NCBI GenBank assembly: GCA_009619075.1
Contig: WJOY01000012.1
Location: forward strand, 8,507-72,506
DNA from: Dehalococcoidia bacterium
GTDB lineage: Bacteria; Chloroflexota; Dehalococcoidia; GIF9; AB-539-J10
DNA length: 64,000 nucleotides
Direction: 5' to 3'
The notes below the pieces were generated by a model. The model had not been told where the DNA came from, did no database searches, and saw only the letters and a list, made by a program, of their open reading frames with translations. Of this stretch, positions 45,952 through 54,951 are shown piece after piece. How positions within the stretch are numbered: position 1 is the first letter of the stretch; the number at the start of each line of letters is the position of its first letter. The translations under genes and the position numbers were made by a program.

Positions 45952-46554
45952 GTGCTCATGTTGGAACACGAACCTGGATATCTGAGGGAAGAAGATCTTG
46001 GATATCTGAGGGAAGAAGATTTTAGATATCTAACGAAACTATTGCTGTATCCTGTAGAATCAAAAGAGGTGGATTATAAGTCTGCCATGAAATTTGAGGA
46101 AGGAAAAGATTTTGCTGACAAGTTGGTAAAGCATATTTTAGCATTTGCAAATTCGGGTGGGGGACACCTGGTTATTGGCTATAAAGAGCAGGCTGATGGT
46201 AGCCTTGCTCCTGACCCAGGTATTACAGATGAAATTGTAGCCTCATATGAAGTTACCAGGTTGTGTCAGTATGTTGAAAAATACTTGGACGGGCAGGATA
46301 GAATTAAAATTATAATTTTTAAGGTAGAATTTGCAGGAATTAAGTATCCTGTAATACGTATCTATCGATTTCAAGAGTGTCCGTTTGTTTGCACTAAAGA
46401 TTGTGCTTCTACAGGAGCTAGGGGAGCTATTCTTAAAGCAGGTCGGGTATATATAAGGACTGAGGGTGCAAGGACACTTGAGGTTGCGATAGTCAAAGCA
46501 TCTCCTGAATGGAGACAATTAATAAGTGAATGTAGAAAGCGTGGTAAGGAGTAG
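45952..46554 (+). CDS. AlbA_2 / Schlafen-like (divergent AAA) domain protein, first gene of the nuclease island
   Basis: LVKHILAFANSGGGHLVIGYKEQADGS matches the AlbA_2 core. The N-terminus contains a 24-bp tandem duplication (GYLREEDL twice). Confidence 0.55.
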   Translation: MLMLEHEPGYLREEDLGYLREEDFRYLTKLLLYPVESKEVDYKSAMKFEEGKDFADKLVKHILAFANSGGGHLVIGYKEQADGSLAPDPGITDEIVASYEVTRLCQYVEKYLDGQDRIKIIIFKVEFAGIKYPVIRIYRFQECPFVCTKDCASTGARGAILKAGRVYIRTEGARTLEVAIVKASPEWRQLISECRKRGKE

Positions 46555-46559
46555 AGGTC

Positions 46560-48017
46560 ATGAAGAGTGTATCAAAGCAAATATTCTTGAATGCTCTCGT
46601 ATGCCCCACATTGGGATGGCTATTGAGGTCTGGGGAAGTTGCTAAGCAAATTACCAAGACAGAACTGACCCTGGGCGAGAGGTTTCGGATAGAGCAGGGA
46701 ATTGAGATTGGAAGGAGGGCAAGAGAACTCTACCCAGGTGGCTTATTAATAGATGACACGGATTTGGTGTCTGCTTCAAGGAAGACAGAAAGGTTGATGA
46801 ATGACCAAAATGTTTCGATAATCTTGGAGGGAGCCTTCCTTATTGACGGGTTTGTAGCTAGAGCAGATATATTGAGACGAAAAGGTAAAGGCTGGCATCT
46901 TGTTGAAGTAAAATCCAGCGTGAACGACAGAGAGGAATTCATAGATGACATGGCGTATACAGCTATGGTTGTTGACCGCTGTGGTTTTAATATCTCTAGT
47001 GTCTCGCTGTTATTAGTCTCCAAAGATTTTCGGTTAGGAATGGAAAACGAAGAACTTTTCGCGCAAATAGACCATACAGATAAAGTTCTGGTTCGAGTTG
47101 AGGAATTCAAACCTTTTTGGCAGCAAATCGAGGAAATAACCAGGACACCGGTAAAGCCAGAGCCCCGACTTCTATTTGAGTGCCGCAAATGCGAACTTTT
47201 CAAAGAGTGTCTAGGTAAAGATATTGATAATCATATATTCGACATTCCACGACTAAGTCAATCCAAATTCGACCAATTAGCAGAATTGGGAATAGTTTGT
47301 ATTAAGGCTATCCCAGATGGCTTTCCCTTGACCGAAAATCAAGCCAGGGTGAGGGAGTGTGTACAAACAAAGAATCCATTCGTTGGAGATAGACTTAAAA
47401 GTGAATTGACATCTATTTCATGGCCTGCTTATTATCTGGATTTCGAAACAGTTATGACAGCAATACCGTTATATCCCGATATCGCGCCTTATACTCAGAT
47501 ACCAACACAATACTCTATACATAAATGTTCTGATGTTGACCTTATCATTGATAACTTAGAATATTTAGCTGACCCAAGTAAGGACTGCAGAAGGGAACTT
47601 ACTGAGAATTTGATCAACAACCTTGGAGAAAATGGTAGTATAATTATTTATTCTAATTTTGAAAAGGCTGTTGTTAACAGCCTCGGGAGATTATATCCTG
47701 ACCTTTCAGAAAGACTGAATTCCTTGGTAGGACGGATGATAGACCTTGGAGCAATCATTGGAAGGAATTATTATCACCCGGATTTTCACGGAAGCACATC
47801 AATAAAGGTAACCCTTCCTGTTCTAGTGCCTGAGATGTCATATGATAATTTGGAAATTGCAGATGGCGATTCGGCTATGGCAGCTTTCGCCTATTTGGCA
47901 CTTGGCAAATATGAAGATGAGAAAGTCGAAGCAATAAAAAGGAACCTTTTGGAATATTGCAAACAAGATACACTAGCTATGGTTAAGTTACATCAACGAT
48001 TGACTGACTATGTATGA
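46560..48017 (+). CDS. DUF2779-like dual nuclease: N-terminal PD-(D/E)xK (Cas4/RecB-like) plus C-terminal DEDD 3'-5' exonuclease-like domain
   Basis: IDGFVARADIL...WHLVEVKSS (D...E-V-K), a Cys cluster (CRKCELFKEC), YYLDFET (Exo I) and YCKQDTLAMVKL (Exo III). 485 aa. Starts 6 nt after the previous gene. Confidence 0.55.
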   Translation: MKSVSKQIFLNALVCPTLGWLLRSGEVAKQITKTELTLGERFRIEQGIEIGRRARELYPGGLLIDDTDLVSASRKTERLMNDQNVSIILEGAFLIDGFVARADILRRKGKGWHLVEVKSSVNDREEFIDDMAYTAMVVDRCGFNISSVSLLLVSKDFRLGMENEELFAQIDHTDKVLVRVEEFKPFWQQIEEITRTPVKPEPRLLFECRKCELFKECLGKDIDNHIFDIPRLSQSKFDQLAELGIVCIKAIPDGFPLTENQARVRECVQTKNPFVGDRLKSELTSISWPAYYLDFETVMTAIPLYPDIAPYTQIPTQYSIHKCSDVDLIIDNLEYLADPSKDCRRELTENLINNLGENGSIIIYSNFEKAVVNSLGRLYPDLSERLNSLVGRMIDLGAIIGRNYYHPDFHGSTSIKVTLPVLVPEMSYDNLEIADGDSAMAAFAYLALGKYEDEKVEAIKRNLLEYCKQDTLAMVKLHQRLTDYV

Positions 48018-48102
48018 TCCTGCAAGTGATAGCAAAATTTATTTGGCTGCTTGCCTTCGGCACTCCGCAAGCATACAAAACAGTGATTAAGGAGAGTAAA
48101 CC

Positions 48103-49383
48103 ATGTCCAGAATAGCCATCCTTAGCGATGCACATCTTTTAATCCAAGCTGAGCGCTTTAGGGACGAGAACTACCGGTCTCCACGGGGAGAAATCTCGCT
48201 CAAAAATTTTAGCCAAGTTATCCGGCAAGTAATAGCGGAGGAACCTGAAGCGGTCATCCTTGCCGGTGATATGTTTGACGAGAGGGAAAAAGGAGGAGAG
48301 TGGATAGCGGATTCAGAAGCAGCCAAATACTGGCCCACTATTCGCAATGAACTAAAGCGCTTAACGGAATGCACTAAATATGGCATTTACGCCCTGAGAG
48401 GAAATCATGACTCTGCACCAGTGTTGAAAGAGCTTCAAGATTACCTGGGAGACAGATTCTGCTTTGTTAGAGATGAAGACAAGGAAATCGGCGACCAGCA
48501 CCTGTATTTCATGGAAACCCGCTATCGGCAGGGCACTTATAGAATCCCCGAGGAAGACCTTCCCAGGGAAGGGGAGTTGCTCATCATGCATGAAACCATA
48601 CCCTGGGGTATGCCTGGACTGGAGGAGAAGGTGTTTCAGGAGTTGGGCAAAAGGTTCTCTCTTCTATTTAACGGTCACATGCATCATTATGCCCAGGGTC
48701 CACTCGATATACCCCATCTTTATTCCCTGCCAGCCTTGATCCCATCGCAGGAGCTGAAAAATAATTTCACCATCAAATACCAATGGCCCGGCGATTTAGA
48801 CCACCCCGAAGTCAAAAACTCCCCCTTTGGCTATCTAATACTGGACGGTCATGAGATTTCATTCCAAAGATATACCCCTATACAGAACATAGTTAATGTT
48901 CGCATCGAAGGGAAAACTCCTCGCGATGTCGTCGCTGGAATCAACGAGGTCTATTCCAGACTGATGGAGCGGGAGGACAGGGATAATCTCTGGATATGGG
49001 TTTCCGCTCAAGGGGTCACTTTCAAGGACACTGTTCAAAAGGAAACCAATAAGTATTCCGAAATAAACACCATGAACATAGAGATCAAAGCGAGGAAAGA
49101 GCCTACCACGCATGCCGAATTAAAGGGACTGGAGAAGATGATAAGCCTGTCCGACCTGGAGGCAAAGGTGTTAACTTCCCTGCCCTGGCCCGATAGAGAT
49201 TTAGCCCAGAAGCTATTCGAGGAAATCTTCACCGCCGACAATTTATCCAGGAGAGCAGATAGCAACCTGGGAAGGTCTCTCTTTCAAAGGCTTCTGGAAT
49301 TATCCGCTCCTCATTACGGCGTGTCACCAGAACATGTAATTGACTTTCTTAAGACAGTAGACCCGCTGTGGAAGAGAAGGTAA
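48103..49383 (+). CDS. Mre11/SbcD-like metallophosphoesterase nuclease
   Basis: Calcineurin-fold motifs ILSDAHL, LAGDMFD, GNHD and NGHMHH. 426 aa. Confidence 0.75.
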   Translation: MSRIAILSDAHLLIQAERFRDENYRSPRGEISLKNFSQVIRQVIAEEPEAVILAGDMFDEREKGGEWIADSEAAKYWPTIRNELKRLTECTKYGIYALRGNHDSAPVLKELQDYLGDRFCFVRDEDKEIGDQHLYFMETRYRQGTYRIPEEDLPREGELLIMHETIPWGMPGLEEKVFQELGKRFSLLFNGHMHHYAQGPLDIPHLYSLPALIPSQELKNNFTIKYQWPGDLDHPEVKNSPFGYLILDGHEISFQRYTPIQNIVNVRIEGKTPRDVVAGINEVYSRLMEREDRDNLWIWVSAQGVTFKDTVQKETNKYSEINTMNIEIKARKEPTTHAELKGLEKMISLSDLEAKVLTSLPWPDRDLAQKLFEEIFTADNLSRRADSNLGRSLFQRLLELSAPHYGVSPEHVIDFLKTVDPLWKRR

Positions 49384-49389
49384 GGGAAA

Positions 49390-51714
49390 ATGAAACTGGC
49401 TAAGGTTGCTTTTGAAAACGTGATGGAACTGGAAGGCTCCATCGCCTTTCCCGAGGGGAGAGCTGTCGTTATCTATGGCGAAAACAAAGCCGGGAAGTCC
49501 AATATAATCCATGCTCTTAGGTATGCTTTCCTCAGCAAAGTAATAAGGCCCAGGAAAAGCCCGGGATACGATGAATTGAAGCTGGTGACAGGAAAAGAGA
49601 TAGCTCCTGCTGAGGGTGTGGGAAGGATACTGATAGAGTTCGAGCATAATGGTGAGCAATTTGAAATCCGCCGAGAAATCGACCGGTATAAGGATAACAA
49701 TAGAATTCTGAAAAAAGAGGCTGGAGGACTTCGAGAGCTTGATTTCAATAAGACCATAGGTAAGGAACTGAAGGCGGGATTGCTTGATGCTCTTTTCGCT
49801 CCGGATAGTGCTATGGGTTTCAATCACCTTAACGAGAAAAATATTGATGCCGTTATTCGGGAGTTATTCAAAGAGATTGGGAATGCCAAGGTGCTGGTTA
49901 AAGATTTCAAGCAGCGCGTGGAGAGACTGACGGAAGAGGCACAGGCAAAAGTCACCGGCATAGAAAGAGATTATAGCTCCTTCATAGGCGAATTGAAGGG
50001 AAATCTGAGAGAGTTACCCCTTGATTTGAGCAGCTTTGAAAGATATCAGCCTGGCAAGACAGCAGAGAAAATAAGCTGTGTCGGCGAGGAGTTGAAAAGG
50101 TACATTGATAGCATCGAGAAAGGCGAGCTCAAGGAATGGCTAAACGAAATGAGAAACCGGGCTAAGGTAGCAGAGGATGTGGAAGGGCTGCTTACTGATA
50201 GCTATCAGCTGACAGCTGACGGCTTTCGTAAGATGAAGGAGATTTCACAGGATGAGGAACGCTTGAGTCTGCTGTTGGCTGAACTTGGGGCGGTGAAGCT
50301 CGGTAGTCCTATGCCACAAGAACCGGGCAGGTTCTATGATGGCGAGTTAGATAATCGTGCCAGAATTTTTTATCAAAAACTTAGAGAGGCACAAACTCGT
50401 TATTCTAACGCCCTGTCTCTGGCTCAAGAGGAGAGAATTGACTTCAAGATTGATAATCCGGCGAGGGTTAGAAGCGACAAGGAGAAAGTGCTGCGGCTGT
50501 TGACCATGGACGTTGCCATCCCGGATGCACCCAGAGTCAAAGTTGACCTGGTCAAAATTGGTTCTGAGAGTGGTGAAGAATCTGTGCATGGACTTGTTCC
50601 CCTAAAACTCATGGACGAGGACCCTGCTTTCACCAAGCTGAGCTCAGAGCCAATTCCCGATGCACCCGAAGAGCACAAGAGGCAATATGCCGAAGCCCTC
50701 GGGAAAAGAATAGAGAAGTTAAGAATCATATGCGAGGATAAGGATAGGGCTGAGAGCTTCTTTAACAATGAGTTTACGCCCAGGCTTACTGACCTCAGCA
50801 GTTATGGCACTACCTTGATGGAAAGGGAAAAGGAGGAGAGAGAAAGGATTTCAAACCTGGCTAAGGACATATATAACAGACTGCTTCTATTCGCCCGGGA
50901 GGAAATTACAGTGCCTGCGTTGGAGTACGAGGGAGATGTAGAGCCATTCACGCTGGCCGTAAGACAAATTCTATCCCGTAAGAAGTCAGACTACACAGGG
51001 GATGTCAATGCCAAGGTGAAGTCTCTGGGCATACAGACAGAGGAGTTTAATACCCATGAGATGGATAGTCTTTTATGTCAACTTGCCGAGATGGAAAAAG
51101 GCATACCGCAATATAGCAGCACCTGGACTGACCTCACGAGGCAGAAAAGAAACGAGTGGGAAAACAACGATGCTGAATATGCCGATTTAGCCTATGTGCC
51201 TGCAGTGGTAGAGGGACTTAATAGAACCCTCGATACCATCTTACTTAACGCTTTTGATGAGCAGGAGGTAATACAGGGAATAAAAGAGATCATAGCTGAG
51301 ATAAATGACAAACTCATAGAAGAAGGGTTAGTAAATTCCTGTATTGAAATGGGCGAAGATAGCCTGCAGCTCAGCAGGACGACTTATAAAGATAGAGAGA
51401 TAACCCACCCCTGCGGAGCAGAAAGGTCCTTCTTTAGCCTGGCGGCACTGACTGCCCTGGCAATATATTTCAGGCTTCCTGTTATCATAGATGAAGCGGC
51501 GAATAACCTTGATAAGAAGCGCTTGCGAGACTTCATCTCGCTGATAAAGGAGTTTGCCGCTAGTTACGATGTTCAGTATATTCTCTCAATAAAAGAAACC
51601 GATGACTTTCCCCTTGATGGCTGGGTTCAGGAATTTGCCGATGACCTGCAAATATACCGCGTAGATTACGACGGCCACAAGAAACATATCAAGCCCATTG
51701 AGCTATATGTCTAG
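49390..51714 (+). CDS. Rad50/SbcC-like SMC-type ATPase lacking a zinc hook
   Basis: Walker A GENKAGKSN, a long coiled coil, signature-like CGAERSFFSLAALTAL, and Walker B PVIIDEAANNLD. No CxxC hook. 774 aa. Starts 7 nt after the SbcD-like gene. Confidence 0.7.
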   Translation: MKLAKVAFENVMELEGSIAFPEGRAVVIYGENKAGKSNIIHALRYAFLSKVIRPRKSPGYDELKLVTGKEIAPAEGVGRILIEFEHNGEQFEIRREIDRYKDNNRILKKEAGGLRELDFNKTIGKELKAGLLDALFAPDSAMGFNHLNEKNIDAVIRELFKEIGNAKVLVKDFKQRVERLTEEAQAKVTGIERDYSSFIGELKGNLRELPLDLSSFERYQPGKTAEKISCVGEELKRYIDSIEKGELKEWLNEMRNRAKVAEDVEGLLTDSYQLTADGFRKMKEISQDEERLSLLLAELGAVKLGSPMPQEPGRFYDGELDNRARIFYQKLREAQTRYSNALSLAQEERIDFKIDNPARVRSDKEKVLRLLTMDVAIPDAPRVKVDLVKIGSESGEESVHGLVPLKLMDEDPAFTKLSSEPIPDAPEEHKRQYAEALGKRIEKLRIICEDKDRAESFFNNEFTPRLTDLSSYGTTLMEREKEERERISNLAKDIYNRLLLFAREEITVPALEYEGDVEPFTLAVRQILSRKKSDYTGDVNAKVKSLGIQTEEFNTHEMDSLLCQLAEMEKGIPQYSSTWTDLTRQKRNEWENNDAEYADLAYVPAVVEGLNRTLDTILLNAFDEQEVIQGIKEIIAEINDKLIEEGLVNSCIEMGEDSLQLSRTTYKDREITHPCGAERSFFSLAALTALAIYFRLPVIIDEAANNLDKKRLRDFISLIKEFAASYDVQYILSIKETDDFPLDGWVQEFADDLQIYRVDYDGHKKHIKPIELYV

Positions 51715-52215
51715 TGTCATCTTGTCGTTGCGAGGCATAGCCGAAGCAATCCCCTCTCCCTTGACCCCATAATGTCACTACGAGCCCCCTTTTCTGTCAT
51801 TGCGAGCCGCAGGCGAAGCAATCCCCCTCTCCCTTGACGGGAGAGGAATAAGGTGAGGGTGAAAAATAGTGAGGCGTCTCCCACCATCATTACGAGCCCC
51901 CTCTCGTCATTGCGAGCCAAAGCGAAGCAATCTCTTTTACAATTAAAAATGTAGTGCGAGGCTTTAGCCTCGTGCACGACCCTAAAGGGTCGCACTACGA
52001 AAATCTTGGAGGCGAAGATTATTAAAACAGGAGAGGAGTCCTTCCAAATTTGTGCCAACTGTCATTCTGAGCGCGGCGAAGAATCTCCCCGTCCCAAGCC
52101 CTTCACTCTCTGTCATTCTGAGGGAGAGAAGCGACCGAAGAATCTCGCTCAGGACAGGCTCCGCGAGGGAACTCGACAAAACAATCTCAAAACTGAACCC
52201 CACCCCACAAATGAA
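51715..52215. repeat. Large mosaic hairpin-repeat cluster (island boundary)
   Basis: GTCATTGCGAG..CGAAGCAATC occurs three times, then GTAGTGCGAGGCTTTAGCCTCGTGCACGACCCTAAAGGGTCGCACTAC, TGTCATTCTGAG twice, and CGAAGAATCTC. Confidence 0.65.
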
Positions 52216-52233
52216 AACTGGCTTCGCTGTAAC

Positions 52234-52312
52234 GGTGATATAATAGATATATTAAAGATACAGGATGATACAAAGCAGGCCAGACCAAGCAAGCACGGAG
52301 TTCCTATATTTC
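52234..52312 (+). promoter_or_regulatory. Conserved noncoding element, copy C (3' 80 nt only)
   Basis: GATATATTAAAGATA...CAGGCCAGACCAAGCAAGCACGGAGTTCCTATATTTCAGCG. Upstream of the flavodoxin-like gene. Confidence 0.4.
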
Positions 52313-52456
52313 AGCGTCAGGTGATCTCTTTTTGAGCAGTTTGAAGGGGGGTGATGAGGATGAGACGCTGCTAGATGTAGGACGAGGATAAGTTCTTGTA
52401 TCCTTTGGCAGAAAACGGCTATGGCGGAGGAAAAGTTAGCATAAGGAGGTGCGGAT

Positions 52457-52921
52457 ATGTCGGCGAAAGTTATCGTTGTTTATGACTCAAAGTATGGTAA
52501 CACTAAACTCGTAGCAGAAACAATCGCAGCAGGTACGAGACAAGTTGAAGGAATGGAAACTGTCGTCAGTGGAGTCAAAGAGGTTGACCTTAACAGAATC
52601 CCCGATTATGACGTGATTTTAGTAGGCTCTCCGAATCATATAGGTGGGCCAACCAGGGGTATCAAGAAGTTTATTGACAAACTTGGCAAGCTTCCCTTAG
52701 AGGGGAAAATGTTTGCTGTTTTTGACACATACCTTGGAAAAGACTTCGAAAAGGTAGTGAAGAAAATGGAGAGGAGGATAAGCGAGAAGATCCCTGGACT
52801 GAAACCAGTGGCTCCCGGCTTATCAATAAGAGTTGAGGGGATGAAGGGTCCGATTTCAGAGGGCGAGCTTCCCAAGTGCAGGGAGTTTGGAAAGAAAATA
52901 GCAACTCAAATAAAAGCTTGA
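52457..52921 (+). CDS. Flavodoxin-like fold protein
   Basis: VIVVYDSKYGNTKLVAE flavodoxin signature, 154 aa. AAGGAGG ribosome-binding site. Confidence 0.7.
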   Translation: MSAKVIVVYDSKYGNTKLVAETIAAGTRQVEGMETVVSGVKEVDLNRIPDYDVILVGSPNHIGGPTRGIKKFIDKLGKLPLEGKMFAVFDTYLGKDFEKVVKKMERRISEKIPGLKPVAPGLSIRVEGMKGPISEGELPKCREFGKKIATQIKA

Positions 52922-53053
52922 CTTATTTCCATAGGTGGCTAACACTGAATAAAAGAGAAATGGAAACATTCCCCCAACTCTCGACAATTCAGGACCTCTT
53001 TTATCCTCAAAATGGTTAGTAAGATGGACAACACTCCATCGGGGGGCAGAAAA

Positions 53054-54550
53054 ATGGGACAGAAGTCAATAATTATCGTTGGTGCTGGTGTCGCCGGCCT
53101 ATCAGCGGGGTGCTATGGCCAGATGAACGGCTACCACACCCAGATCTTCGAGCTACAGAATAAACCAGGCGGCCTGTGCACCTCCTGGCAGCGCAAGGGA
53201 TACACCATTGATGGCTGCCTGCACTGGCTAGTTGGCTCTAGCCCGGCAAACAACTTCTACCGCATTTGGGAAGAGTTGGGCGCGGTGCAGGGGCGGCGTA
53301 TGATTGACCATGATGAGTTTATGCGGATTGAGGGCGCTGGTGGCAAAGTCTTTATCCTCTATACAGACATTGACCGCTTAGAGCAGCACATGAAGGAGCT
53401 TGCTCCGACGGACAAGGAGGTGATCGAAGAGTTCATTGAAAGCATACGTGCCTGCACTCGCTTTGACCTACCAATCGGAAAAGCGCCTGAGTTATATGGT
53501 CCCCTTGATGGGCTTAAGCTGCTATCTAAAATGTTCCCTTCCCTGAAAGTTATGAGGAAATGGAAAAAGATTCCTGTCCAAGAATTTGCCCAGCGGTTCA
53601 GCGACCCCTTCCTGCGCGAAGCTTTCCCTCTTTCCTTTGACCTTCCTGATTTTCCCATGATGGGTATGCTGATGACTCTGGCCTGGATGCACAAGAAGTC
53701 GGCTGGCTATCCCATAGGCGGCTCACTGGAGTTTTCCCGTGCCATCGAACGGCGCTACCTCGACCTAGGAGGCGCGATTCACTACCGTTCACCGGTAAGC
53801 AAAATCCTGGTAGAAAAGGATCAAGCTGTAGGTGTGCGATTGGCTGATGGCACGGAGCACCGTGGTGATATCATTATCTCTGCCGCCGATGGTCACTCAA
53901 CTATTTTTGACATGCTGGAGGGAAAGTACATCAATGACAAAATTCGGGGGTACTACGATAAACTGCCCATCTTCCCTCCACTTGTTCACGTAGCGCTAGG
54001 TGTGGCGCGGTCTTTCGAGGGATTGCCACATTCTATAATCTACCCTCTTGAGGAACCAGTGACTATTGCCGGGCAGGAATACAAGTCGGTAGGTGTGGAG
54101 ATTCACAACTTTGACCCCACCCTAGCCCCGCCAGACAAGACGGTGCTCAAAGTCATGTTCCTTTCCGATTATGACTACTGGAAAGAGCTGAGACAGAACT
54201 CTGCTCGCTACCAGGCGGAGAAGGATAATATTGCTGATAAGGTGACTGCTATACTCGATCAGCGTTTCCCTGGGCTGGCTGGTCAGGTTGAGATGTGTGA
54301 TGTAGCTACGCCCATGACCTGGGAGCGCTATACCGGCAACTGGCGAGCCAGCTTTGAGGGCTGGCTAATCACCACGAAAACCTTTGGCATGCGCATGAGC
54401 AAAACTTTGCCCGGGCTCAAGAATTTCTACATGGCCGGGCAGTGGGTTATGCCAGGGGGTGGTGTGCCCACGGCAGCTATGTCAGGCCGCAATGTAGTTC
54501 AGATCATCTGCAGCCAAGATAAGAAGCCATTTGTGGTAAGCATTCCATAA
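53054..54550 (+). CDS. FAD-dependent oxidoreductase, phytoene-desaturase (CrtI)-like family
   Basis: IIVGAGVAGLSAG...GGLCTSW dinucleotide-binding motif, about 500 aa. Start at the ATG with a purine-rich ribosome-binding site. Confidence 0.75.
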   Translation: MGQKSIIIVGAGVAGLSAGCYGQMNGYHTQIFELQNKPGGLCTSWQRKGYTIDGCLHWLVGSSPANNFYRIWEELGAVQGRRMIDHDEFMRIEGAGGKVFILYTDIDRLEQHMKELAPTDKEVIEEFIESIRACTRFDLPIGKAPELYGPLDGLKLLSKMFPSLKVMRKWKKIPVQEFAQRFSDPFLREAFPLSFDLPDFPMMGMLMTLAWMHKKSAGYPIGGSLEFSRAIERRYLDLGGAIHYRSPVSKILVEKDQAVGVRLADGTEHRGDIIISAADGHSTIFDMLEGKYINDKIRGYYDKLPIFPPLVHVALGVARSFEGLPHSIIYPLEEPVTIAGQEYKSVGVEIHNFDPTLAPPDKTVLKVMFLSDYDYWKELRQNSARYQAEKDNIADKVTAILDQRFPGLAGQVEMCDVATPMTWERYTGNWRASFEGWLITTKTFGMRMSKTLPGLKNFYMAGQWVMPGGGVPTAAMSGRNVVQIICSQDKKPFVVSIP

Positions 54551-54574
54551 ATCTGATCCGAGATTTAGGGATAA

Positions 54575-54915
54575 AGGCTTGTCCCCCTCCGCAGAGTTTA
54601 TCTCGAGCGAGATTCTTCGGTCGCTCTGCTCCCTCAGAATGACAGGAGGCGAAGGGCTCAGGGCTTAGACTCACCCTTGCAATGACATAGTGATGGCAGT
54701 CCCGTGGTTATATTCCTGGCTTTTATGAGCTATAATTCAGTTTATGTAGGAGGTACCATAGTTCAAGGGTTAAGCTAAACCAATTTTCACGGAGGGTGTT
54801 TATTTGGTACTCTAAATTAAGTGGAGAGTGTTGAGATTCTTCCCCTTCATTTCGTTCAGGGCTCTGGCTCACACGCTCAGAATGACAGGGGGGCGAAGGA
54901 CTCACAATGACAAGT
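54575..54915. repeat. Dispersed-repeat copies (two clusters, 54575-54700 and 54860-54915)
   Basis: GATTCTTCGGTCGCTCTGCTCCCTCAGAATGACAGGAGGCGAAGGG, and CTCAGAATGACAGGGGGGCGAAGGACTCACAATGACA. Confidence 0.55.
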
Positions 54916-54951
54916 AGCATTAGTAAACGCTTTCCGTCATAGGAGGTAAAA

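Noticed and set aside
48103-51714. Calling the last two island genes housekeeping sbcD and sbcC
   Set aside because: The SbcC-like protein has no CxxC zinc hook and is 774 aa, against roughly 1000 aa for canonical SbcC. The pair is fused into an operon with two additional nuclease-domain genes inside an accessory island. A specialised system is more likely, though this remains inference.
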